A DNA stretch of 58,022 bases from a virus (Duplodnaviria; Caudoviricetes). The stretch spans positions 1 to 58,022 of the IMG/VR virus record IMGVR_UViG_3300012665_000938; one strand, written 5' to 3'. The notes under the pieces are model-generated. The model was not told the DNA's origin. It saw only the letters and a program-made list of their open reading frames with translations, and did not search any database. The translations under genes and the position numbers were made by a program. Every line of letters begins with the position of its first letter. Positions within the stretch are counted from its first letter, which is position 1. Below are positions 15,047 to 25,700 of the stretch, piece after piece.

Positions 15047-15895
15047 ATGGTAACAATCTTTAACGGGCGATGTCGTACGGCATCGACATCTGGCGATGCA
15101 TCATTCATTCAAATAGAACACCGTATACTCAAGCATTTGAAAGAGTTTACAGGCAACGAGTGGTTGGTCTTCACTGCACTTGCTTTGCACGTTGACGATG
15201 AGGGGCGATGCTTCCCTTCAATGGCACGTATCATGCACGTTACCGGACTTACTGCTCCCACTGTACGCTCTGTGATGCGTACCTTACAGGACAAGCGCAT
15301 CGATGGTGGTCTCGTCCTTTCAGTGACCGACAGATTCGCTGACAACAACCGACAGACCAGCAACGAGTACATCCTCTTCCCCGGCATTGAGGGGGTAAAA
15401 CTTTTAGAGGGGGAGGGGAAAGATTCTATAGGGGGGGAGGGTACAAAAATTTTAGACCCCTTTAACAAGAATCAGAATGAACTAGAACCAATTAACAAGA
15501 AGGGTGTACGCACTCGTGGCGTATCAAAGAAGATGCCTAGTGCTGATGACCCTGCTCGTGCTGTGTACTGTGCATTCCGTCAATGGAAGTATCCACAGGC
15601 TGACCCTCAAGACTTCAACCTGAGTGAATGGACAAGTGTGAACTACATCATTCGCCAGATGGTCACGAAGGGTGTAAGCCCAGAGACATTGGTCAATGCC
15701 TGTATCAATCTCGCCACTAAGTGGAACAACACCGATATGGTTACCATCCACTCCTTGTGGAAGCACTGGTCAACTGCAACGCAGTTGGACAACAGAGGTC
15801 TGCGAACTATATCGAAGAAACTCACCACGATTGACCACGCTCAGTCAGCAGTCAACGTGATGCAGTCTCTAAACAATCTTCTTGACAACTCCTGA
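15047..15895 (+). CDS. Replication initiator (N-terminal winged HTH, lambda O-like)
   Basis: LVFTAL...G.CFPSM.RI...TGL...TVR..L...Q.SNEY pattern; internal iterons; followed by loader and DnaB; GAGGGA RBS. Confidence 0.85.
   Translation: MVTIFNGRCRTASTSGDASFIQIEHRILKHLKEFTGNEWLVFTALALHVDDEGRCFPSMARIMHVTGLTAPTVRSVMRTLQDKRIDGGLVLSVTDRFADNNRQTSNEYILFPGIEGVKLLEGEGKDSIGGEGTKILDPFNKNQNELEPINKKGVRTRGVSKKMPSADDPARAVYCAFRQWKYPQADPQDFNLSEWTSVNYIIRQMVTKGVSPETLVNACINLATKWNNTDMVTIHSLWKHWSTATQLDNRGLRTISKKLTTIDHAQSAVNVMQSLNNLLDNS
15391..15472 (+). repeat. Iterons / replication origin within the initiator gene
   Basis: Three ~23-24 nt imperfect repeats (GGGGTAAAACTTTTAGA, GGGGAAAGATTCTATA, GGGTACAAAAATTTTAGA) followed by an A-rich tract. 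Confidence 0.75.
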
Positions 15896-15911
15896 TAGTA
15901 CAGGATAGTAT
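15882..15911 (+). promoter_or_regulatory. Sigma70-like promoter
   Basis: TTGACA-18-TAGTAT with a TCCTG/CAGGA inverted repeat in the spacer. Confidence 0.55.
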
Positions 15912-15930
15912 TGATGTGGAGGAACGAACT

Positions 15931-16335
15931 ATGGCACTAGACATTGATATGTACACACACGTTGGCTGGACGCTTCCAGCCCAACTGCTCGCTGAGTGTG
16001 AGCGAGAAGACGATGAGTCCAGTCTCACCATCACGTACCACGGCATCCTAACTGACAAGGTCGTGGAACAGGCAAGGAAGATATTCCGCAAGGAGCCAAT
16101 CGACCCTGAGTTGTTGAAGGATGGCGATGAGTGGGTTGAGAAAATCAAGTGGGCTATCGAAGTAACTGATGAAGACGGACAACGGTCAGGTGCGCCTCCA
16201 ATGGATGAGGAGGACGTGCTTGACATGATTAGTCACTGGCTTGACGAAGAGGTTCAACCAGAGATTGACCATTATGTGGAAAAGAAGTTTGAGGCTTGTC
16301 AAAGCGGAGAGGAATGGGAGAACTACTATGACTGA
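15931..16335 (+). CDS. Strongly acidic hypothetical protein
   Basis: GGAGG RBS before ATG 15931; about 37 D/E in 134 aa. Confidence 0.8.
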   Translation: MALDIDMYTHVGWTLPAQLLAECEREDDESSLTITYHGILTDKVVEQARKIFRKEPIDPELLKDGDEWVEKIKWAIEVTDEDGQRSGAPPMDEEDVLDMISHWLDEEVQPEIDHYVEKKFEACQSGEEWENYYD

Positions 16336-16813
16336 GAAGACATTTGGAACGGTTGCTGGAATCTTGAGCGCAATGCCAGCACAACAGCGATGGGATGATG
16401 GTGTAGCCACTGGCTATGCCATCGCACTCAAGGATGTGGATGATAAGTCCGGTCTCGATGCAGTGATTCAACTGCTGAAGACTGAAGACTATCGCCCTTC
16501 ACCTGCATCCATTCTGCGTAAGGTCAGGATGATTCACTGTGGTGAGACTAGCGTCACACAGATGTTCAATCGGATATGCAGATACCTATCTGATGTGCAT
16601 CCTATGAATCGAACTGAGAAGGAAGCAGACTGGCTATCAAGTCGAGAACTGCACCCATTCGATGTCGTGGCAATCAAGTACATCGGTGGCTGGGGACGAG
16701 CCGGTTCAATGGACAGAGAGAGGCTCCTGAAGGCACTTGATGGCTGGACTAACGACTCCACCGAGAATGTGAAGATGCTTGTTCAGAATGACGTAAAGAG
16801 GATTACAGAATGA
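16328..16813 (+). CDS. Helicase loader/inhibitor (G39P-like)
   Basis: AL.D......DAV..L.KT..Y.PSPA.I pattern, directly upstream of DnaB. Confidence 0.65.
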   Translation: MTEKTFGTVAGILSAMPAQQRWDDGVATGYAIALKDVDDKSGLDAVIQLLKTEDYRPSPASILRKVRMIHCGETSVTQMFNRICRYLSDVHPMNRTEKEADWLSSRELHPFDVVAIKYIGGWGRAGSMDRERLLKALDGWTNDSTENVKMLVQNDVKRITE

Positions 16814-18189
16814 CAGAACTTGAAAACAAGGTATCCGAATACCAGCGCAAAAAGCGTGAGAATCATTACCCACACGATGTGATGGTTGAGATGAGTTTCC
16901 TAGGATGCATCCTGCTCGGAGGCAAGAAGACCTTTGATACTGTCGAGTATCTAGTCAATGAGCAGGACTTCTATCGACCCGGACATCAGGCTATCTTCAC
17001 TGCGATGAAGAAGGTCCTGAACGAAACACAAGGCTCCTGCGACATCGTTCTCTTGAATGAGGAGTTGACGAAGGCTAATCAGATTGACCTTGTCGGTGGG
17101 CTTGCCTATCTGATGCAACTGGGTGACCTTGAGTACACCACTCAGAACGCTCCAGTGTACGCAAAGGGCATCAAGCGATACGCCAACCTGCGTAACATCG
17201 TCATCAACGCTGAGTACGCTATAGGGAGAGCGCAGGAGACTGAGACGGACCCTGACATCATAGCACTGGACTTTGCTAAGGGAACTGAGAGTAAGGTCGC
17301 TACAAACACCATTAGCAACGCTAGTGATGTACTACGAGCTGGAATCGATGCAATGCGCTCAGGGAAGCGTAAGGGGATTCCTACAGGCTTCTCTGACATC
17401 GAGCGTGTTGTCAATGGATGGAAGAACGGTGAGTTAATCATCGTCGGTGGAAGACCATCTATGGGTAAGTCATCCCTAGGATTGCAGTACGCAATCAATG
17501 CATCCGTTCACTGCCGTAAGGAAGGCAAGGGCGGAGCGTTGTTCATCTCAGTTGAGATGTCTGAAGATATGATTAGTCAGCGACTCCTTCAGATAGTTGG
17601 AGGCATCAATGCTCAAGGACTCGGTGGAGCATACATCTCACAGGTAGAGCAGAGTGCTATCATCAAGGCTCAGTCTGAAGTAGATACCCTGCCGTTGTTC
17701 TTCTCTACTGAGACTCCCGTAACAGTCGCATCGATACGTGCTAAGGCTCGTGAACTGCAACGCCAGAACAAGTTATCCCTCCTAGTCGTTGACTACTTGC
17801 AGATGCTTGAGACTGGTAAGGAGACGCAAGGTCGAACACGTGACATTGGCGTACTCAGCCGGGGACTGAAGTCTCTTGCCAAAGAGTTTGATATTCCAGT
17901 GATTGCACTGTCATCCTTGTCTCGTGCAAGTGAACAGCGTAACGACAAGCGACCTATCATGTCTGACCTACGTGAGTCTGGAGACATTGAGTCTGATGCT
18001 GACGTGGTACAATTCCTGTACAGACCAGACTATTACGATGAGAATCGGTCCAACTGGGATGATGACAGTCCATCTGAGACAGAGATTATCACCGCTAAGA
18101 ATCGTAATGGTTCCATCGGAGTGTCAAAGGTCGAGTTCAAGAAGTCGCTTGCTAAGTTCAGCGACATACAACTAGAAGGGTTATTGTAA
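16810..18189 (+). CDS. dnaB: Replicative DNA helicase DnaB
   Basis: GGRPSMGKS Walker A, SVEMS, VVDYLQ, LSR..EQR.DKRP.MSDLRESG.IE.DAD, AKNRNG. Confidence 0.97.
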   Translation: MTELENKVSEYQRKKRENHYPHDVMVEMSFLGCILLGGKKTFDTVEYLVNEQDFYRPGHQAIFTAMKKVLNETQGSCDIVLLNEELTKANQIDLVGGLAYLMQLGDLEYTTQNAPVYAKGIKRYANLRNIVINAEYAIGRAQETETDPDIIALDFAKGTESKVATNTISNASDVLRAGIDAMRSGKRKGIPTGFSDIERVVNGWKNGELIIVGGRPSMGKSSLGLQYAINASVHCRKEGKGGALFISVEMSEDMISQRLLQIVGGINAQGLGGAYISQVEQSAIIKAQSEVDTLPLFFSTETPVTVASIRAKARELQRQNKLSLLVVDYLQMLETGKETQGRTRDIGVLSRGLKSLAKEFDIPVIALSSLSRASEQRNDKRPIMSDLRESGDIESDADVVQFLYRPDYYDENRSNWDDDSPSETEIITAKNRNGSIGVSKVEFKKSLAKFSDIQLEGLL

Positions 18190-18455
18190 TGGAAGTAAAG
18201 CCACGTGGAGGCTACAAGAATGTTAGCCGTTGGCAGAAGATTGCTATTGAAGCAGTACTAATGTACGGAGGTAGGCAAGCAGCAGCAGACCATTTGGATA
18301 TGCCTAAGAAGTCTTTGGATGACCTGCTGTATCGTGCGTATCGTGCATTAGATGTAAAGAATTTTGATGAAGCAGTCAACAAGTTGGGTATCAAAGAGAA
18401 GTTGGGATTCAAGGTCAAGGGAGATGGCAATGAACTTTCTGGGAATAGTGCTTAG
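18189..18455 (+). CDS. Small HTH protein (sigma region 4 / LuxR-like)
   Basis: AADHLDMPKKSLDDLLYRAYRALDVKN helix-turn-helix pattern. Confidence 0.6.
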   Translation: MEVKPRGGYKNVSRWQKIAIEAVLMYGGRQAAADHLDMPKKSLDDLLYRAYRALDVKNFDEAVNKLGIKEKLGFKVKGDGNELSGNSA

Positions 18456-18546
18456 TGTTATTACTGCACTTGTTGTATTCACAGTGATTGGATTCACCTA
18501 CATATCAAGAAGCATCGAAAATTACATCAATGAAGGGGAAAAATGA
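18430..18546 (+). CDS. Small single-TM protein
   Basis: AGGGAG RBS; hydrophobic LGIVLSVITALVVFTVIGF. Confidence 0.6.
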   Translation: MNFLGIVLSVITALVVFTVIGFTYISRSIENYINEGEK

Positions 18547-18803
18547 TAGGCGCAAAGACAATATCAAGCATCAGTAAGTCTGGTTACGGGAAAGACGTAA
18601 AGCCTAGGAAGCCTAAAATCATTGACCAGATTCCAGAAGATGTTCAACTACGCATAGCAGACCTATACAGTCAGGGTATGAGTATGCGGAAGATTGGTGA
18701 GAAGTTAGTCAGTGAAGGTGTACCTCATCCACAGACACCTGTTCCGTGGGGTACTGAGGCTATTCATCTTGTGATAAAGCACCATAAAGAGAAGGCACTA
18801 TGA
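18543..18803 (+). CDS. Stand-alone recombinase-type DNA-binding (HTH) domain
   Basis: I.DLY..GMSMRKIG..L...G.P.....W....I pattern, with no catalytic serine domain. Confidence 0.55.
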   Translation: MIGAKTISSISKSGYGKDVKPRKPKIIDQIPEDVQLRIADLYSQGMSMRKIGEKLVSEGVPHPQTPVPWGTEAIHLVIKHHKEKAL

Positions 18804-18806
18804 CAC

Positions 18807-18835
18807 TTGACAACCTGTCACTTGTGACATATACT
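18807..18835 (+). promoter_or_regulatory. Near-consensus promoter with palindromic operator
   Basis: TTGACA-17-TATACT; TGTCAC-TT-GTGACA in the spacer. Confidence 0.85.
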
Positions 18836-18840
18836 TCCTG

Positions 18841-18911
18841 TGTTAATGCTCATAGTTAACGTCCCCCAACTATAGGGTAGCAGTTCAGCCACAACTGCTA
18901 CCCTACTTTTT
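18841..18911 (+). ncRNA. Candidate small RNA B (~70 nt)
   Basis: Lies between the 18807 promoter and a terminator; ATAGTT-AACGTCCCCC-AACTAT hairpin. Confidence 0.6.
18873..18911 (+). terminator. Intrinsic terminator at the early/late convergence
   Basis: 13-bp stem TAGGGTAGCAGTT-CAGCCAC-AACTGCTACCCTA followed by CTTTTT. Confidence 0.9.
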
Positions 18912-19701
18912 ATCTGTAGAGGGAAACCTTCTTAGTTGTAGAGTCAACATCAATTTGTAGATTCTGCCACGAAGCGAACTCACGTATAGGAACCATCAAT
19001 CGTCCTTGAATCAGAACTGTGTTACAAGGAACCTTCTCTTCATCCCAATAAGGAATGGAGTCGAACGTCAAACGAACTTTAGTTACTTCACCATATATGG
19101 CTTCAAGACATTGACGAAGACCTGCGTACAGCCGACCATCGTGCGATACAGCAGTTACTTCATCTGGTCCAATATCAACTGTCCACGCAACCGTAGACAA
19201 AGTATCCTCTTCATACAGGTCAGACCATCTAAGGAAAACAATAGATGACTTAGAGCGACCTGTGTACATATCAGTGCGCTCAACAACCTTAGTGCCGTTA
19301 CGGCTACCGTCTGTGTTGCTGTTGCCTTCAATGGATGAGTAGACACCGTCCTTGAGTCCAGACACAAGCAAGATGTGTACTGCATCATTCTGGTTCTTGC
19401 GATTGAGGATAAGACCAATGTCACCTACCTCAGGTGTAGTGTGTACAATCTTCAGTTTCCTGCCACGTGCAAGCCATAGGTCACAGTCGGCAGACAATCC
19501 TAGATACCAATCCTTACCAGTCATATACTTCCAACGATTGGCTACTGCACTCATGTATGATGCACACCAGAAACTACCCACTGGTACGCCAACCGCCTTA
19601 TTCCAAACGTCGATGTGGAATCCCCGGTTGCTTCCTTCCGGGGACTCTGTCGTGCCAACCCACTCTCGTGCGATGTCAATGAACCGTTGTTTATTGGACA
19701 T
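18910..19701 (-). CDS. CHAP-domain endolysin with C-terminal copper-amine-oxidase-N (stalk)-like domain
   Basis: A...VG..E...GSN...WCA catalytic Cys, P.VGD, H, IEGN; C-terminal GRLMVPIREFA. GAGGAG RBS before ATG 19701. Confidence 0.85.
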   Translation of the reverse strand: MSNKQRFIDIAREWVGTTESPEGSNRGFHIDVWNKAVGVPVGSFWCASYMSAVANRWKYMTGKDWYLGLSADCDLWLARGRKLKIVHTTPEVGDIGLILNRKNQNDAVHILLVSGLKDGVYSSIEGNSNTDGSRNGTKVVERTDMYTGRSKSSIVFLRWSDLYEEDTLSTVAWTVDIGPDEVTAVSHDGRLYAGLRQCLEAIYGEVTKVRLTFDSIPYWDEEKVPCNTVLIQGRLMVPIREFASWQNLQIDVDSTTKKVSLYR

Positions 19702-22700
19702 TACGTGCTTGCTCCTCAAAGAACTCGTCTTCATCTGCTCCAAAGATTGTATATTCCCATCCGGGGACAGGATTATCATTGTCATTCGCTTTATACTGCC
19801 ACTTCAGTTCTTTTGGCGAATATCTCACACGACCACCTAGGAATGCTAGGGCTGCGACTGCACCTGCTTCTGCACCGGGGTACTGTCCACCACGACCAGA
19901 GACTGAATCGTATGTATCCATAGCATCCTGCGCCCACAGGTAGAAGAGTCTGTCAGCGACAAGGTTACTTAATTTAGGAGCAGGAAGGTCTATACCCATC
20001 TCAAGGAGAGCAGGGCGTGTTACTGCATTCCAATATGTCTGTAATGGTTTGTATGTTTCACGTGATGGCTCACCGATGATATTACGTCCAGTAATCATGT
20101 CGTTAGCCAGAGATACAGCAGGTGATGCTTTACTCATAATCAACATCTTCAACTGGTCGGCAGTACGAGTTAATCTTTCTTCAGATGACTCACCCGGCTT
20201 AGTCTCAAGTCCACCTATAAGCGTACTCATAATTTCCATCTGGTACATAACTCCACCCGGAGCCTTGAAGACGTAGTCTCCAACTCGGATGGAAGAACCG
20301 AGTCCCTTGACTTCAACTTCAGTTCCGTGTTCACCGAATGGATTGAATCGGCTAAGAAGGAATCCGATGAAGGCAAACATACCAGCGGACTTCATGAACA
20401 GACGATTGTTCTCTGCACGTACGTATGGGTCAATGACTCCATATCGCTTGTACAGACGGTTCAACTCTAGTAACTTAGTACCCTTCTCTGGTGAGAATGT
20501 CGTGTACACAGAACGTAGGATTGGGTCGAACATGAAGCGACTTGCAAGCCACCGTGGTGCGAACATCAGGTTACGTAGGTTGCTTCCGATGAGGTCATCC
20601 ATCTCCTTGTCACTGGAGAACTTTACGTCACCCTGCGCTACGTTCAACATACCTGCAAGGTCTTTTGCAACCTCAGTAAACTTAGATGACTTAGGGTTGT
20701 ATCCAATCTCAATGTAGTGTTGCATACCTTGAGTAAACTTCATCATCTTGATGTAGTCTTTGGTCATCGCCATCGTTCGCTCAGATGCACCCTGTAGTGG
20801 TTGATGCTTCAGAAGTTGATGTGTAGGTGACAAGTCCTTGTCAACACCTAACTCATCAACATTCATAATCGTTGCACGTGGGTCTTTCTTACGGAGTTCA
20901 GCGAGACGCTCATCAATACGGTGTGTATTAAGTGTAAGACCCGCTTCAACTCCCAGTTCGTAGAATGGGTTACTGCGAAGTTCGTCACCGAGTTTATGGA
21001 ACTCCTCACGACCGAGCATTCCATTCTGATTGATGATTGTTCCATCTGGCTTTTGATAACCTAGGTTAGGCTTCATCATCTTCAGTCCAATCATGAACTG
21101 ATGTGCGAACAACTTAGGATTCTCAATCGGGTTAGCAGTTACCCAGTTCTGAATCAAGATTGCAGACCAGTCACCTCCCACACTGTTACGTGCTAGGTCA
21201 TTCACGAAGCCGTATGGCTTCATTACCCAGTCAGTTATCTTGAGTGCTTCTTTGACCTTAGATGGGACTTCTGCTGGGTCTTGTGTTCGGACTACCTTCA
21301 CAGTTCCATCATCGTCAACTGTTGTTACTTCACGTACTGGTGGCTTGACTGGACGTGCAGACCAGAGAGTCTTGTACGTGTTAGTAGTTGGAGCCTCCAT
21401 AGGTTTACCGTATGGGTTGTACATAGCAGTAGGAGTACCTAGAGAAGACGGAGCGTGTGTACGCACTTCTTTTTCAGGCTCGTAATGCTCGAACAACTTA
21501 GATGCATCGGTCTCATATTCAAGGATTCCGATGCTCCTGTTCATCAACTCTTCTTTACTAAGACTAGCAAGTTTTCCTGAACTCGCAGGGAAGATAGTTG
21601 TAGCAGGTAGACCTAGTGCTTCATAGTTCAACTCAACACTAGCCAGCGTTTCGACTGCACTTATACGTAAGCCACCGCCAGCATCCAACAACTCCTTAGT
21701 GTTCTCCCACCTATCATTAATTGCTTCTCGTGTATAAGCCTTTGACTTCCACTGAGCATATGCAATAGCGTATACAGGATTGACTCCAGTTGTATCTTTA
21801 ACGGATTGAGGTGCTTTGTTGTTTGCAAGCCAGTTCATAGTTGCTGATAGTTTCGTAGAAACTTCTGGGTCACGCCTACGGAACGAAGGCATATATGTTT
21901 CAATCTCACCTATAGCATCATAGTAGTTGTCTATAACCAGTTCATCTGGGTGTTGCATTCGAGCATTAGTCATCATCAATATGTCAAGCCCGTGATTGTC
22001 ATTGATGAGTTCTTCAACCATCGACTTGTATTCAGATGGGACAGACTTATTGTCGATTCCAGACATACGTCTTATTCGGTCATTGATAAACGACTTACCG
22101 GGGTCCTTAGTCGTAAGTGCAAGTTTAACCCTACGAGTAGCAGCACTTCTCCACGTATCAAGTTCCTTGCTATCAATAAGCACGTTACGAAGATTACTTG
22201 CAACCTTTGCAATGTCAACTGCATAGTCAAAACTATAGGTAAGAGATACTACTGCTGGCGTACCACCTAGACCCTCACCTTCATTTTCACCTTGTCTGTG
22301 AACTAACGTATCGTCCATATTTCCATTTCGTCGAGATATGGTATTTGCGGATACAAGACTTCCATCAGTGATATTAATCAAGGCATTGGATGCGTGATAG
22401 AGTTTTGCCTTTCCATTGACTGGATTAACAACAGGCTTGTTATTAACATCTGTAATGTCATCAAGTCGCTGGATGTAAGCCTTTACATATGAGCCTAGCG
22501 TAACATTTGCAGTACGAGAACCTTCATCTAATACATCTAGTTCTTGAAGTGCTTTGACACCAGCCCTTCTGTTTCCAGTAATGTTCACCTTAGCAAGCAC
22601 TGCTTCCATTAGGTACTCAACCATATGGTCACGGTTATCGCCGAACATCTGGAATAAAGCAGAATTCCTATTAGACATTTGATTGACAATGTCAGGGATG

Positions 22701-25700
22701 ATTTCCCAATCATTGTCGTTGGTGAATATTTTCTCTGCTGCTACATCTGGTGACTCATGTGTATTGAAGTCTCTTGACCTTAGACCACCATACTGTGACC
22801 ACGACTGGGCATCACGCTTACGTGCGCTGAACAGTGTTACACCACGTCCACTAGCAAGTGTTGCAGGCGAGAACGAGTTATTACTATCAGTAATCTTCAG
22901 GTGACCAAACTGATTGTTAGCATCTTTGTAGATAGTATCGATGCGCTTGTCAACACCAACTACACCCGTCTTGATTGCATCAAGCGGTGGTAATCCAGTC
23001 TTGCGAGAATCCTTTGAAGAGAAGGTACTGTAGGCACTTCTACCAATAGTTTCAGACCACATACCCCAGATAGCCATTGGGTCTTGAGTAATAGACGCAT
23101 GAGCAGCAAAGGCTAGGTTATGTGAATGCTCACCACCAGATACAACCTGCACGTTTGCACGTATAGACTGATAGATAGCATCAATGACTTCAGAGTGCTT
23201 CAGTGGCTTTCCGTCAATAGTAGTAATGCCACTGTTCTGTAGTAATGGATTGTATGGGTCAACACGTGTATCTGGCTGGATAATAACCTTAGATGCACCA
23301 CGTGAATCAGGGAATCCAACTGTCAGTTCAAGGAACTTAAACTGCTTTGGTAGTTCCTTTATAAGTGCCGGATAAACCTTCTTGCTATCAGTGTTTGATA
23401 TGAACGTATCAGGCAACTTATTAAACTGATTACCAGCCTCAGTCCAACGCTCAAGCGTATCTGGAGCAACATTCATATCAAACTTAGCCGGTAGGTTAAC
23501 CGTCTTGCCACGAACAGCAGACAATGCACCTTCAATGGTTTGCCGAATCGTTACATCGAACTTAGGATTCGGGTCTACTCCGAAGAGGTTTGGTGCGGAG
23601 ATATTAAGGACATTACGCGCTTCATCGTAGTTGATGGCATACCCCCGACCATTTTCATTTCCGAAATTCCAGAGCCTTTCAGTAGACTGGACACCTTGAA
23701 CTGGAATATCTGCTTCAATGAATTTATCTGCGACTTGCTTAATGGCTTTACCGAAACTTTCGAGCGAGCCTTCATAGGACTTTCCTCTTTCCTCAAGATG
23801 GGTCATTGTCACAGACTTACGGTCTGGACTAATACGAATTGCAGGATACTCTTTCCGGATTGATGAATACACATCATCCGTAATTGCATCCGTTGAAGTG
23901 AATGTGATTGATGGCTCAACCGAATAACCCTTGTCGCTATACCCTAAAGGCTCAGTCTTGCCAGCCTGTGTATGTAGCAACAGGTTATCGATACCATTGC
24001 GTTGAACGAAGTCCAGTGCCTTCTTCAATGAACCGAGTGTGTCGGTTGCGTCAATGGTTCCATCAACAACAAGAACGTCATTGATTTCCAACGTACGAAT
24101 ATCAGCAGTCCCATCGAATGTACGATGTGCATCCGCAACTACACGGTCATCAACGAACTGCTTGATTACATCTCGTGGCACACCATCGTATGTTGCGTAA
24201 TGAGCAAATGCTTCAGGTGTTATCGAATGTGGATTAGAGTTACCTGCTATTCTCTGTGCTGCTTCTTTACGAAGTGTTGCGTCAGCACCACGTCTCCGAG
24301 ACTGGTACAGGACATTGCCTCCTGTGTTTCCAGCCCCACGTTGAGCATTCGATTGTCTCTCACGATTCTGTAGTTCCAGCGTACCCGTGTAGGTTTCAAG
24401 AGACTGGATAGTATTTGCGAGGTCTTTGAGTCCTGCTCTTGTCCATTCAAGTGTGTTGAGTTTGGATGTTTTTCCGCTGGCATCTTTATATGTATATTCC
24501 TTGAGGAATTGTCCCTCACGAAGTGAACCAACGATATTAATCCACTGGTTATAATCAGTATGACTTACGTCATTAGGTATGTTTGTTATGAGACCGTAAT
24601 TCAATGCACGGTTGGCAGCAGACATCGTACGGTTACTGAGACCTAGGAGATAACCCTTCCACTCAGTACTAGTCCGCTCCATACCATCCTTGTCCAACTT
24701 GATTATCTTGTCAACAAACGGAATAACACCATCCTTTGAATCGGTAATCCTATCTAGAAGACCAGATGGATTATCCTTCATGAGTCGTTCATTGGTATTG
24801 GTGTATGTTCCACGAAGACCAATGATAGGCGTTCGCACCTTTGTTGAGGAGTCAGTCTGTGTGCTGTAACCACTGACCCACTTGACCATCATTGAGCCTA
24901 ATTTAGGACTCATACCCTGAGTGATTCCACCTACACTAATAATCTCAGATGGCATAACAACTGTAGAGCCAAATGCATTCGCATTCTTAGTATCTGTGGT
25001 GATGATTGCTGAACTTACTGGGTCAAGTAATTCAACTGTAACCATAGGCTCATGAATCATACTGTCAGGAATAAGACCCGGACCCTTAGGCTTCTCCTTA
25101 GTCTTCAACACAGTTGCACGAACAAGTTTGCCGTCTATCTGAAGAGTTACTGGGATACCATCCCAAAGGAATACATTGTTATTGTCGTAAGGAACAGACC
25201 ACTCAAGGCGATTAGCCCTCCAGTTGACATGACCAGCAGCGTCCTTGAATCCATAGGTCTCTGCATATGCCTTCTGCATAAAACCACTTATCTTGCCCCA
25301 GATGTCATTAAGTCTAGCCTGACCAGATGCTGCACCACGCAACGATATAGGAGGTGTTCCACTGAGGAATGACTGTTCCATTGCGGTTGCAAACATCTCG
25401 TGCAACTCATATGGGATGTAAGACTCATTGAGTTTAGTTGGCTTACGTAGTGTCTTACCAAAGCGGGTGGCAAGTTCACTAGCCATATGCACAGGCATAT
25501 TGTCTAAGATTGCATGACTAATCTCGTGTACGGTAGTTCCGATATCAGAGTTGTTAGCCATAACGAATACAACCTGCTGACCTGCGTTTGTTCGCTCGTC
25601 AACAATAGTCGTGTATCCACCACGCTTCTCGAATATGTTGTCGTAGGCACTGTCCAACTTAGGACCGGCATCAATAACCTTGAACACAGGGATGTTCGTC

